From: Acidimicrobiales bacterium | Lineage (GTDB): Bacteria > Actinomycetota > Acidimicrobiia > Acidimicrobiales > Bog-793 | NCBI GenBank assembly: GCA_050012675.1 | Contig: JBEKGS010000009.1 | Coordinates: 1,329-65,328, forward strand | Reading direction: 5' to 3' | DNA length: 64,000 bases | Shown here: positions 31,116 through 40,776 of the stretch, piece after piece | Position numbering within the stretch: the stretch's first letter is position 1 | How the letters are laid out: each line of letters opens with the position of its first letter | The notes under the pieces: generated by a model | What the model was told of the DNA's origin: nothing | Database searches by the model: none | The model's input: only the letters and a program-made list of their open reading frames with translations | Position numbers and translations under genes: made by a program

Positions 31116-31591
31116 GCGGCCTGCCCGGCGTGTTGCAGATCGTCGGCGATCACGCTCACAAGCCTCACCCCGAGGGTGACCGGTGGGTCCCATCGCTCGT
31201 CCACGACCCGGTCCAAGTCGGCCTCGGACAGGTGCTGTACGAACCGGAGCGTGTTCGCGTGGACGGCTCGGAAGTACCCGCCGAGCAGCTCCGCATCGGC
31301 GGTGACTGAGCCAACCTGGTTGGGGCGATGGCCGTAGCCGGTGTCGGAGCTCTCGAGCGGGAGGGCGAAGCGCTGGGCGAAGCCCGAGGAGGTCCAGACC
31401 TGCTCGGTTCCGGCGACCTCGGAGATGTGGTCGTCCTGGACCCGGGTGAGGTGCCACACGAGCCAGGCGATCGAGTTCGCCTCGGGGTCGATCCGGGCGG
31501 TCAACTCGGCGGTCGAGAGATCGGCCAGCACTTCTTTCACGATCTCGTGGATACGCCCGAAACCGTCGCTCAACAGCTCAGTGCTTGTCAT
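31082..31591 (-). CDS. DinB-superfamily (DUF664 / mycothiol transferase-like) protein
   Basis: NSIAWLVWHL, WDPPVTLGVRL and QHAGQAAY motifs. Confidence 0.85.
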   Translation of the reverse strand: MTSTELLSDGFGRIHEIVKEVLADLSTAELTARIDPEANSIAWLVWHLTRVQDDHISEVAGTEQVWTSSGFAQRFALPLESSDTGYGHRPNQVGSVTADAELLGGYFRAVHANTLRFVQHLSEADLDRVVDERWDPPVTLGVRLVSVIADDLQHAGQAAYIRGLLERRR

Positions 31592-31657
31592 CTCGGTGCC
31601 TCCTCAGTGCATGGGGACCCCGCGAACTTAATGGGGCCGAGCCATGATTGCGCCAGC

Positions 31658-33091
31658 TCATCGTGCCCGCGACCGCTTGAGGTCGGCGAGCACGGCGCGG
31701 GCCGCTCCCACCCCGCACATGCCGTGCACGCCGCCACCAGGAGGCGTGGAGGCGGAGCAGAGGTAGATCCCCGGTGCGCCGGTGCGGTAGGGGTTCCAGC
31801 GCATCGTCGGGCGGAAGATGGTCTGGCGCAGCGTGCCCGCGCCGCCGCTGATGTCACCGCCGACGTAGTTGGGGTTGTGGGCCTCGAGGTCCATGGCCGT
31901 CATCGTCGAACGCGCTAACACGAGGTCGCGAAAGCCGGGCGCGAACCGTTCCACCTGGGCTTCGACGCGCTCTGTCATGTCGAGCGTCGAGCCCCGGGGA
32001 ACGTGGCAGTAGGCCCAGAGCGTCTCTTGGCCGGCCGGTGCCCGGGTCGGGTCGGCGACGCCGGGCTGGACGACGAGGCAGTAGGGGCGGTCGCTGTGCC
32101 GCCCGGAGGCGACGTCAGCCTCGCTTGCGGCCACCTCCTCGAAACTGCCCCCGAGGTGCACCGTCCCCGCGTGCCGGCAGACCGGTGCCGTCCACGGGAC
32201 AGGGCCGGAGAGCGCCCAGTCGACCTTGCAGACTCCCGGACCGTGGCGGAAGCGGTTCGCGGCATTGCGGTAACGGGTGGGGAGCTCGGGTCCGGCAACG
32301 GCGACAAGGGTTTCAACGGAGGTGTCGAACAGCATCGCCCGGGCGCCTCGCAGCTCGGCGAGGTCTCTCACCGAGCTCCCGGTGTGGACGGTTCCTCCGT
32401 TCGCGTCAAGCTCGCTCAAGAGGGCGTCGACGAGACGGGCGCTTCCCCCTTTGACGAGGGGCCAGCCTGCGGCGTGGGCGGTGATCGTGAGGAAGATGGC
32501 GAAGGCGGCGGTCAAAGGGGTCTCGAGCGGCAGCATGGCGTGGGCGCCGACACCGGCCAGCAGTCCCCTCGCCTCCTCGGTCGCGAACCGTCTCACGAGG
32601 TGGGCGACCGACGCCAGCCCGGCCAGCCCGAAGCGGGCCATCGCAACCGGGTCACGCGGGGGGGAGCGCAGCGGTGCCAGCACAGTCGGGACGATGGTCG
32701 CAGCCGCCCCTACGAGAGGCCCGAACAAGCGGGCGTAGGTGTCGCCGTCTCGGCCGAGGGCCTCTGTGGTCTCCTCGAGGCTGGCGAACACAGCTCCCGC
32801 GCGACCGTCCTCGAGCGGGTGGGCGAAAGCCACTTCGGGCCTCACAAGCTCCACGCCCAGACGCTCGAGGCCGAGGTCCACGAAGAACGGCGACAAAGGC
32901 GCCATGGACTGGACAGTCGAGCAGACGTCGTGACGGAAGCCCGGCAAGGTGAGCTCCTCGGTCCGGCACCCTCCGCCCGCGACCGAGGCACCCTCGAAGA
33001 CCTCCACGGCCAGTCCGGCGCGTGCCAGTACGAGCGCGGCCGCCAGACCATTGGGGCCGGATCCGACCACGACGGCGTCAGGCGCGCCCAG
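31658..33091 (-). CDS. NAD(P)/FAD-dependent oxidoreductase, phytoene dehydrogenase-like
   Basis: DAVVVGSGPNG, HDVCS and TPPGGGVHGMCG; start ambiguous (CTG near 33091 or GTG 33070, in-frame stop just upstream). Confidence 0.85.
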   Translation of the reverse strand: MGAPDAVVVGSGPNGLAAALVLARAGLAVEVFEGASVAGGGCRTEELTLPGFRHDVCSTVQSMAPLSPFFVDLGLERLGVELVRPEVAFAHPLEDGRAGAVFASLEETTEALGRDGDTYARLFGPLVGAAATIVPTVLAPLRSPPRDPVAMARFGLAGLASVAHLVRRFATEEARGLLAGVGAHAMLPLETPLTAAFAIFLTITAHAAGWPLVKGGSARLVDALLSELDANGGTVHTGSSVRDLAELRGARAMLFDTSVETLVAVAGPELPTRYRNAANRFRHGPGVCKVDWALSGPVPWTAPVCRHAGTVHLGGSFEEVAASEADVASGRHSDRPYCLVVQPGVADPTRAPAGQETLWAYCHVPRGSTLDMTERVEAQVERFAPGFRDLVLARSTMTAMDLEAHNPNYVGGDISGGAGTLRQTIFRPTMRWNPYRTGAPGIYLCSASTPPGGGVHGMCGVGAARAVLADLKRSRAR

Positions 33092-33103
33092 TGCCGTTCA
33101 ACC

Positions 33104-33943
33104 TCACAACTGGAGCACCAACGACTCCGCGGCGACGACGACCTGCGTCTCGGCGTCGAAGCGTTTCTCCAGCTCGTCGAGGGCGTTGTCGGTGCGGTCG
33201 GGCTGGTGGTGGAACAGGACGACTCGGCGGGCGCCGCCGCGACGCCCGAGCGCCACGGCGTACTCGGCCGCGGCGTGTCCGAAGGACGCGCCGGTGCTGA
33301 GCTCGTCGGCCATCAGCTGGGCATCGTGGACGAGGGCGTCGGCCCCCTCGGCGAGCTCCAGTGCGGCGGGGTGGTACTCGCCCCAGCCGTCGGGACCAGG
33401 GCCGACAAGGGTGGGACAGTGGTCCGGCATGTAGGTGAGCACCGAGGTCCCGTCGCTCACGCGGTATCCGTAGGTGCGTCCTCCTTTGTGGGGGATCTCC
33501 GAGGCCGTGACGGTGAAGCCCTCTAGTTGGATGACGCCCGGTGCCAGGTTCCGGAAGCTCCACCTGCCGCGGAGGCCCTCGGGGCCGATGGGGAAATGCG
33601 GCGGCGACATCCCCCGGGCGAGCACCTCAGAAGCGCTCGCAGCCCCGGGCTGTTCGGGCAGGTACAAGTCCACGCGGGAGTCGTCCCGGTCCCCGGCGGT
33701 GAAAAAAGGCAGGCCGTGGACGTGATCCCAGTGCAGATGAGTGAGCACGACCGTGCCGTCGAAGGCCGTGCCGCCCAACAGCGTGCCCACGCGTCTGATG
33801 CCGGTGCCGGCGTCCAGCAAGAGGCTGGGCGCCGCCTCGCCGTCGCGGGCGATCGCGACGCAAGAGGTGTACCCGCCGTAGCGGACGAAGTCTTCACCCG
33901 GCGCGGGGGTCGAGCCTCTGACACCCAGGAAATGGGCTCGCAC
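33104..33943 (-). CDS. MBL-fold metallo-hydrolase, probable cyclic-nucleotide phosphodiesterase
   Basis: GVRGSTP, DAGTG, THLHWDH, HDAQ and FHHQP motifs. Confidence 0.8.
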   Translation of the reverse strand: MRAHFLGVRGSTPAPGEDFVRYGGYTSCVAIARDGEAAPSLLLDAGTGIRRVGTLLGGTAFDGTVVLTHLHWDHVHGLPFFTAGDRDDSRVDLYLPEQPGAASASEVLARGMSPPHFPIGPEGLRGRWSFRNLAPGVIQLEGFTVTASEIPHKGGRTYGYRVSDGTSVLTYMPDHCPTLVGPGPDGWGEYHPAALELAEGADALVHDAQLMADELSTGASFGHAAAEYAVALGRRGGARRVVLFHHQPDRTDNALDELEKRFDAETQVVVAAESLVLQL

Positions 33944-33948
33944 CCGGG

Positions 33949-34953
33949 TCAGCCCGCTCCCGCATGCTCGCGACGGTGCCCGGTGGACAGCTCCTCGAGC
34001 GCTGAGCGGTCCAGCGCCTCAGCCGGGACTGATGCCACCCTGCACGAGGTCACCGCGACGATCGAGGAAGTGCGCTCTCCGCCTTCGAGATGGGCACGCT
34101 CGCCCAACAGCGCGCCCGGTCCGTACTCAGCCAGGCGTTTTCCCTCGACCTCGACGCGCAGCACGCCGTCGAGGACCAGGTACACCTCTGAGCCCTTGTC
34201 ACCCTGGCGTATCAGGTAGGTTCCCGACTTCACCTTCTTGATCTTAGGTTTGGCGGCCCCGTGCATCAGTTGTGCGGACAAGGACCGCTCGAGGGCGGAC
34301 TCGACGACGGTGACCAGAGCCTCGGAATCCTGGTCGCCCCAGGGGGTGTGAGTCCCGAAGGACTTGCGGTACCAGTCCTTGAAGTCGATGAGACCCGACT
34401 TGGCCTCGAGACGGCCCTCGTGGTCGTAGACCCAATGGCGTGGGAACCTGCTGGCGCCGATGAGCGACCCCTCGGCCCGGCCGTCGGCGTACAAGGTGAG
34501 CGAGAGCGTGGTCCACGCCAACGGGGCCTGCCACTGGACGAACGGTGCCCGGCGGACGCGTCGTGGTGCGGGCATGCCGGTACGGCCCCCGGCTGTCTGG
34601 ACGAACCGCCTCCAGCCGTCGCCGCGCTCGACCTTGCGCTGGATGTCGGGGAGAGCGACCGCCTGGAAGACGTGGCTCAGGCCGCCGATGCGCACCGTGG
34701 TGCTCCCGATCTGGCCACCGCCCGAATAGCCGGCATTGGTGATCTTGCCTGCGCGGTCCACCTCCACCCAGGCCTCCAGGCGGTTGGCGAAGCGGAAGCG
34801 GTCGGCTCGCCTGAGCTCGTCGAGGTCGCCGAGGACTTCAGGTGGCGGCGGGTCGTAGTGGGCCATCCCGGCGTCGAAGGGCAGGCGGGTACCGCCCGCC
34901 ACGGCTTCGGAGGGGATCCAAGACAGCGAGGTGATGGAGCTTTCGTATCGCAT
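33949..34953 (-). CDS. Cyclic nucleotide-binding domain protein with unrecognised ~225-aa N-terminal domain
   Basis: C-terminal LIRQGD, YLVLDG and GERAHLEGGERTSS phosphate-binding cassette. Confidence 0.85.
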   Translation of the reverse strand: MRYESSITSLSWIPSEAVAGGTRLPFDAGMAHYDPPPPEVLGDLDELRRADRFRFANRLEAWVEVDRAGKITNAGYSGGGQIGSTTVRIGGLSHVFQAVALPDIQRKVERGDGWRRFVQTAGGRTGMPAPRRVRRAPFVQWQAPLAWTTLSLTLYADGRAEGSLIGASRFPRHWVYDHEGRLEAKSGLIDFKDWYRKSFGTHTPWGDQDSEALVTVVESALERSLSAQLMHGAAKPKIKKVKSGTYLIRQGDKGSEVYLVLDGVLRVEVEGKRLAEYGPGALLGERAHLEGGERTSSIVAVTSCRVASVPAEALDRSALEELSTGHRREHAGAG

Positions 34954-35006
34954 AGGGCCATGATCTGCCGGTTGCCCAGCAGCTAGAAGGGTGTTGCCCA
35001 GACGCC

Positions 35007-35053
35007 GGGGGTGGTCCTAACACCCCCTTTCGCCCGGTGGCCTCCCCCCTTTC
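35007..35053. promoter_or_regulatory. Candidate response-regulator operator in a divergent promoter
   Basis: Inverted repeat GGGGGTG-N7-CACCCCC (35007-35027); CCCCCTTTC repeated at 35023 and 35045 (22-bp spacing). Confidence 0.5.
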
Positions 35054-35088
35054 TCGTGGGGTCGGAGTGTGCGACAACTTAGAGTGAC

Positions 35089-36495
35089 ATGAGCGGGACC
35101 GGTGACACCCCAGCTAGGAGCATCAGAGTCTTTCTCGCAGACGACAACCTCATCGTGCGTGAGGGGGTTCGCGCCCTGATCGAGCGGCACCCGGACCTGT
35201 CGGTCGTCGGCGTCGCAGCCGACTACGACGGGACCGTGTCCGGGGCCACCGCCACCGAGCCCCACGTGTTGGTGAGTGACATCCGTATGCCGCCATCGTT
35301 CCATCGCGAAGGCATCGACGCGGCCAAGGAGGTGCGCAAGAGGCACCCCGGCACCGGGGTCGTGATCCTGTCGCAGTACGACGATCCTGAGTACGCGGTT
35401 TCCCTGCTCGCCGAGGGCTCGGCCGGTTACGGATACCTGTTGAAGGACCACATAGCCGAAGGCAACCAGCTCGTCGACGCCATCCGGGCCGTGGCGACGG
35501 GTGGGACGGCGCTCGACCCGGCCATCGTCGAAGCGCTCGTGCGTCCTGTCACATCGAGCGGCGAGCTCGACGAGTCCGAGGAGTCACTGCTCGCGCTCGT
35601 TGCCGAGGGCAAGCCGATCAAGGCGATCGCCGCCTCACGCGGGCTCCCGCCCGGCGAGGTGGACGCCGCCGTGGAGGCGGTCTTCTTGAAGCTGGCCCAG
35701 GGGGTGAGCGCCGGCAACCAGGGAGCGCTCCAGCGCCTGAGGCTCCTGCACCAGGCGATCGTCGACAGGGAGGAGCAGGGCGAGACGCTCTCGCGACTTC
35801 TGCCAGGAGGCTTGGCGGAAAAGGTGCGGTCTGAGGGCCGGCGCATCGGCGAGACCGAGCGAGTGGAAGTGACCGTCGTCATGAGCGACATCCGTTCGTA
35901 CTCGACGATCGCGGAGCACGCCGACCCGAGCCAGCTGGCCGGGCAGCTCAACACCCATCGTGCCGCCATGAACAGGGCCATTCTGGGCGAGGGCGGGACG
36001 GTGATGCAGTTCGTCGGTGACGCGGTGATGGCCGTTTTCGGCGCACCTGTGTCCCAGACCGACCATGCGGACCGCGCGGTCGCGGCCGCCATGGCCATGC
36101 ACGCGGGCCAGGCCGAGATCAACGAACGCTGGGTCGAAGAGGGCCTTCCTCCTTTCGGGCTCGGTCTCGGGCTGTCGACCGGTGAGGCCGCTGCTGCCCT
36201 GCTCGGGTCCGAGGAGCGCCTCGAGTACACGCTGGTGGGCGACACCGTTAATCTCTCCCAGCGCCTGCAGCAGCTGGCTTCGGCGGGCGAGACGGTGCTC
36301 TCGGAGGCGACGGTCCGGGCCCTCACCTGCGAGGTCGCCACCATCGCCCTCGGAGAGCAGCTGGTCAAAGGACGCGATACGCCGGTCGCGGCCTACAAGG
36401 TCTTGTCATGGGGCCAGTCGTCACCCGGCGGCGACGGGCTGACCGCCATCGGAAAAACGCCGGCCGAGATGAGCATCCAAGGGGGATCAGAATGA
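35089..36495 (+). CDS. REC + degenerate LuxR-like HTH + class III nucleotidyl cyclase
   Basis: ADD, DIRMP and YLLKD receiver; SDIRSYS, QFVGD and EYTLVGDTVNLSQRL cyclase motifs. Confidence 0.88.
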   Translation: MSGTGDTPARSIRVFLADDNLIVREGVRALIERHPDLSVVGVAADYDGTVSGATATEPHVLVSDIRMPPSFHREGIDAAKEVRKRHPGTGVVILSQYDDPEYAVSLLAEGSAGYGYLLKDHIAEGNQLVDAIRAVATGGTALDPAIVEALVRPVTSSGELDESEESLLALVAEGKPIKAIAASRGLPPGEVDAAVEAVFLKLAQGVSAGNQGALQRLRLLHQAIVDREEQGETLSRLLPGGLAEKVRSEGRRIGETERVEVTVVMSDIRSYSTIAEHADPSQLAGQLNTHRAAMNRAILGEGGTVMQFVGDAVMAVFGAPVSQTDHADRAVAAAMAMHAGQAEINERWVEEGLPPFGLGLGLSTGEAAAALLGSEERLEYTLVGDTVNLSQRLQQLASAGETVLSEATVRALTCEVATIALGEQLVKGRDTPVAAYKVLSWGQSSPGGDGLTAIGKTPAEMSIQGGSE

Positions 36496-37265
36496 CCGAC
36501 TCAGCAGCTCTTGGTGGGGGGAGCCAGGCGGGCGCGGGGGTGCCGGCCCTCGAGGTGCACGGCGTGCGCAAGACCTTCGAGGCCGAGAACGCTCCTGTGA
36601 GGGCTCTCAGGGGTGTGGACCTCACCGTCGAGCACGGCACGTTTCTCGCGCTTATGGGGCCTTCGGGCTGCGGCAAGTCGACGCTGCTCAACCTGGTGGC
36701 CGGCCTCGACGTGCCCGACGAGGGGACCATCAAGGTCGCCGGCGAGGAGGTGACCGGGAGCAGTGAGGACGATCTCGCCCGAATGAGGCGGCGCCATATC
36801 GGCATCGTCTTCCAGTTCTTCAACCTGCTCGAGGGAATGACCGTTCTCGAGAACGTGGCCCTGCCGGCCATCATCGCCGGCCGTAAGCGCAAGGCGGCCG
36901 AGACCCGGGCCCGCGACCTGCTCGACCTTCTCGGCATAGGCGACAAGGTCTCGGCGATGCCAGGGGTGCTCTCCGGTGGGCAGCGTCAGCGCCTGGCCAT
37001 TGCCAGAGCGCTTGCCAACGAGCCCACGCTCCTTTTGGCCGACGAGCCGACAGGCGCCCTCGACTCAGCCGGCGGCCAGGAAGTGATCGAGCTTCTGAGC
37101 CGCCTGCATTCGGGGGGCCAGACGATCATCCTGGTCACCCACGACCCCGATGTGGCCGCAGCGGCCGACACCGTGCTCCGCATGCGCGACGGGCGCATCC
37201 TCCAAGGTGACGGTGACGGGGGAAAGATGATGGCCGAGGCCGTGAACGCCATCGGGAAGCTCTGA
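36492..37265 (+). CDS. ABC transporter ATP-binding protein (LolD/MacB-like)
   Basis: GPSGCGKS, LSGGQRQR and DEPTGALD; ATGA overlap with the cyclase stop. Confidence 0.92.
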   Translation: MTDSAALGGGSQAGAGVPALEVHGVRKTFEAENAPVRALRGVDLTVEHGTFLALMGPSGCGKSTLLNLVAGLDVPDEGTIKVAGEEVTGSSEDDLARMRRRHIGIVFQFFNLLEGMTVLENVALPAIIAGRKRKAAETRARDLLDLLGIGDKVSAMPGVLSGGQRQRLAIARALANEPTLLLADEPTGALDSAGGQEVIELLSRLHSGGQTIILVTHDPDVAAAADTVLRMRDGRILQGDGDGGKMMAEAVNAIGKL

Positions 37266-37281
37266 ACATGCGGGGACCCAG

Positions 37282-39420
37282 GTGACGGTGGAGTCGGTCG
37301 TGGGCGCCGCCGACGCCGGAGCCGCCGCGGGGGCACCCCCGGCCGTGCGCGCCCAGGGCCGCCTGTTGTTCCCGGGCGCGGTCGCGTTCGCTGCCACGAT
37401 CGCGCTCGTCGTCGTCTCGCTGGTCGCCTCTCCGCTCGCCGGTCATCGGGCGCTCGGAGTGGTCATCGGGATTGGCATCGCCTGCACAGCAGCCGCGGGG
37501 CTCACGACCCTCACCCGTACGCCGCGGCTCGGCTGGCTCGTGAGCCTCGGTGCACTTGTCGCCGCAGTGTCCGCGGCAGGGTCGCGCCTCGCCCTCACTC
37601 ACGCCGACCGCGTGCACAGCGCGCCTCACGTCGTGGCCACCGTGGCGGCGCTTGCTGCCATGGCCATCTCGGTCCACGGCCTTTTGTCCCTGCCGGACGG
37701 CGTGCTCGGGCGAAGGTCGCGCCAGGTCGGTGCCGGGCTGTGGTACGCGGCGGCCCTGCTCGTTGCCGTGGTGCTGACCACCACCGGTCATGTGCTCGCC
37801 CCTTGGCCCGCAGCGCTCGCGTGGCTGGCGGCCGTCTGCTCTGTGCTTCCCTCGGTGCATGCCCGCTACCTCGAAGCGCCCGCCGAAGGGCGCCAACGCA
37901 TGCAGTGGATCGCGCTCGGGGGTGTGCTCGGCAGCGAGGTCATCCTCATCGCGGTGACGCTCAACCTGCTCGTGGCCTGGCCGGCCCAGATCGCGGTCCC
38001 CGCGGCGGGTGCCACGGTGCTCGCGGCAGTAGGCCTGCTCTGCACGGCGAGCCCCCGCCTCGCCCCGCATGCCGACCGGCTGCTCGTCAATCTGATGTCG
38101 ATCCTCGGCTTCTCCGTCGTCGTGGCGGCCATCTACCTGATCGTCGTCCGCGGCCTCGGCAAGACGCCGACGGGGACGACCGACCGCGAGGTGCTCGGCT
38201 TGTCGATCGTGGCCGCCGCCATCGCCGCCATCGGCTACATCCCTGCCCGGGACCGGTTCGCGCGGATGGCGAACGGTTTCGTCTACGGGGCGCGTGAAGC
38301 CCCAGACGAGGTCGTGCGCACCTTCGGGAGCCGCCTGACCAGGGCCATTCCCATGGACGAGCTGCTCTTGCAGTTGGCCGAGTCCCTTCGCAAGACGCTC
38401 TCGTTGCGCTCGGCGGAGATCTACACCGGGACCGGCGACGTCCTCGAGCTCGCCGTGTCGGTCCCGGACTCCGGCGAGCGTTCCATAGTCGTGTCCGCCC
38501 GCGAGCGGCCGGTGATCACTCACGCCGGCGTCTCGGGCAACGCCTGGGCGTCGGTCTGGATGCCCGCGCTCTTGAACGGCCGCCCCGCGGGACCGATCCG
38601 GGTGGCTCCGATCTGCCATGCCGGTGAGCTCCTCGGGACGATCGTGGTGGCCCGCGCCGAGGGCGCGGTCGCCTTCGACGAGGAGGACGACCGTGTTCTG
38701 ACCGAGCTTGCACGCCAGGTCGGACTGGCTTTTCACAACGCCCAGCTGGACACCGCCCTTCAGACCTCGCTTGACGAGCTCCGCCGTCAGGCCGACGAGT
38801 TGCGGGCGTCGAGGGCCCGGATCGTGGCAAGCGGCGACGCCGAGCGCCGTCGTGTGGAGCGGAACCTGCACGATGGCGCCCAGCAACACCTGGTGGCCCT
38901 GGCAGTCAACCTGCGACTTGCCAAGGACGTCGTCTTGGAGGACCCGCAGGCCGCCGTGGAGATGCTCGAGGAGCTGGGGTCCGCCGTGCAGGACACCATT
39001 CAGGAGCTGCGCGAGCTGGCACATGGGATCTATCCGCCGCTGCTTGTCGACAGCGGGCTTTCCGGGGCGCTACGCCCGGTTGTCAACAGGAGCCCGCTCG
39101 ACATCGAGCTGTTGACCGAGGGGATCGGCCGCTACGCCGGCGACGTCGAGGCAGCGGTCTACTTCTGCTGCCTCGAAGCGCTCCAGAACGCGGGCAAGCA
39201 CGCGCCGCAAGCGCACGTCACCCTGCGGATCTGGGAGGAGTCAGGGGGACTGCTCTTCGCGGTCACCGACGACGGCCCAGGCTTCGACGTGCGCCTGGCC
39301 CAGCACGGGCACGGGTTCACGAACATGACGGACCGCCTGGGCGCCATAGGCGGGTCGGTGCGCTGGGAGTCCGAGCCCGGCCACGGCACGGCGATCAGGG
39401 GCTCGGTGCCGCTCGGCTGA
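37282..39420 (+). CDS. Multi-TM, GAF-like domain sensor histidine kinase (HisKA_3 type)
   Basis: ERNLHDGAQQ, EALQNAGKHA, DDGPGF and GHGT motifs. Confidence 0.9.
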   Translation: MTVESVVGAADAGAAAGAPPAVRAQGRLLFPGAVAFAATIALVVVSLVASPLAGHRALGVVIGIGIACTAAAGLTTLTRTPRLGWLVSLGALVAAVSAAGSRLALTHADRVHSAPHVVATVAALAAMAISVHGLLSLPDGVLGRRSRQVGAGLWYAAALLVAVVLTTTGHVLAPWPAALAWLAAVCSVLPSVHARYLEAPAEGRQRMQWIALGGVLGSEVILIAVTLNLLVAWPAQIAVPAAGATVLAAVGLLCTASPRLAPHADRLLVNLMSILGFSVVVAAIYLIVVRGLGKTPTGTTDREVLGLSIVAAAIAAIGYIPARDRFARMANGFVYGAREAPDEVVRTFGSRLTRAIPMDELLLQLAESLRKTLSLRSAEIYTGTGDVLELAVSVPDSGERSIVVSARERPVITHAGVSGNAWASVWMPALLNGRPAGPIRVAPICHAGELLGTIVVARAEGAVAFDEEDDRVLTELARQVGLAFHNAQLDTALQTSLDELRRQADELRASRARIVASGDAERRRVERNLHDGAQQHLVALAVNLRLAKDVVLEDPQAAVEMLEELGSAVQDTIQELRELAHGIYPPLLVDSGLSGALRPVVNRSPLDIELLTEGIGRYAGDVEAAVYFCCLEALQNAGKHAPQAHVTLRIWEESGGLLFAVTDDGPGFDVRLAQHGHGFTNMTDRLGAIGGSVRWESEPGHGTAIRGSVPLG

Positions 39421-39426
39421 GCCGGC

Positions 39427-39819
39427 TCAGCTGGCGAAGCCGTCCGAGTCGCGTTCTTCCCAGAGCCGGCGAAGTGTCTTCGGGCTGAACTGCTCTTTGT
39501 GCATGTAGGCCCGGGCGCCACTCGTCCTGGCGTCTTCGGGCAGGTCGTTCACGTCGTAGGTCGAGCACAGGAACACCACGGTTCCGGGGTGCCCGGCCAC
39601 TATCCGCCGGGTCGCCTCCAAGCCGCCCATCTCGGGCATGTTTATGTCCATCAAGACGAGGTCAGGTTGGAGCGTGTCGGCGAGCGAAATTGCCTCTATC
39701 CCGTTGGCGGCCTCTCCGACCAGCTCGAAACCCTCGGTGCGGCGCAGCACGGCGCGCGCGGCGAGTCGGAAGGGGGCCTGATCGTCGACGACGATGACGG
39801 AGAGGGGGGCATCCATCAA
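39427..39819 (-). CDS. Stand-alone receiver-domain protein
   Basis: VDD, DINMP, ST and K receiver motifs; no output domain. Confidence 0.88.
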   Translation of the reverse strand: MMDAPLSVIVVDDQAPFRLAARAVLRRTEGFELVGEAANGIEAISLADTLQPDLVLMDINMPEMGGLEATRRIVAGHPGTVVFLCSTYDVNDLPEDARTSGARAYMHKEQFSPKTLRRLWEERDSDGFAS

Positions 39820-39883
39820 CTGTCCATTCTCCCATGGGCGGCCTGGCAGGTCCCGGGCGGTGCCACCCGAGTCCTCGGTGTAG

Positions 39884-40558
39884 CTAGCCTCCCGATTGCG
39901 CGCTCAAGTAAACGAGCACCGCCTTCACACGACGGTTGACGTCACGTTCCTCGGAGAGCCCCAGCTTGGAGAAGATGGCGTTCGAATGCTTCTCGACGGC
40001 TCGCTCCGAGACGCCCAGGGACTCCGCGATCGCCCCGTTGGACTTGCCCTGTGCCATCTCGGCGAGGATCTCGGACTCGCGGGGCGTCAGCCATTCGAGA
40101 TCGGACTTGCGCCGGCTCGCCCGCGCCTTGACCAGCTCGTCCACGACGAGAGGGTCGATGACGGACCCGCCGCCTGCCACCGCCCTTATGGCCTGCGCCA
40201 GCTCGTTGGCACCCGCGACGCGCTCTTTGAGGAGGTATCCGCGCCCGGCCGAGCCCTCCTGCAAGAGGGCCAGTGCGTAGGCCGGAGCGGTGTACTGGCT
40301 GAGGACCACGACGCCCACGGTCGGCGCGTGCTCGCGCAGCCACGCGGCCGCCTGGATGCCTTCGTCGGTGCCGGTCGGCGGCATACGGATGTCTGTGACG
40401 ACGACGTCAGGTGTGTGTTCGGTGACGAGCTTGAGCAACTGGGGGAGGTCCGAGGCGCTGCCCACCAGTTCGAGGTCGGCCTGAGCCTCGATGAGGCGCG
40501 AGACGCCCTCACGCAACAGGGCGTTGTCCTCCGCTAACACGACTCGGATCACGGCCAC
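39884..40558 (-). CDS. NarL/LuxR family response regulator
   Basis: AED, DIRMPP and YLLK; LTPRE..GKSN..IFSKL HTH. Confidence 0.92.
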   Translation of the reverse strand: MAVIRVVLAEDNALLREGVSRLIEAQADLELVGSASDLPQLLKLVTEHTPDVVVTDIRMPPTGTDEGIQAAAWLREHAPTVGVVVLSQYTAPAYALALLQEGSAGRGYLLKERVAGANELAQAIRAVAGGGSVIDPLVVDELVKARASRRKSDLEWLTPRESEILAEMAQGKSNGAIAESLGVSERAVEKHSNAIFSKLGLSEERDVNRRVKAVLVYLSAQSGG

Positions 40559-40776
40559 CGATGCGGGAGCCTAACTCTCAGCCAGGGCCGTGAGTAGGAG
40601 TTTTCCGGGACTCCCGGGCGCGGACTGAAAAAGCCCAGCGTCAAGTGGTGTTAGCGCGGTGGCGCCCCGGCGTGGTGCCCACATTGGTGGATGCTTCGGG
40701 CGGGGACACACTTCGAAGGACGGACTACGGGGCGCTTTTCAAAGGACGAAAGCCGTGATACAAGACTTGCCGACCA

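Noticed and set aside
33104-36495. Pycsar/CBASS-like anti-phage system
   Set aside because: The cyclase is fused to a receiver domain, the MBL is separate from the cNMP domain, and the context is two-component/ABC rather than a defence island
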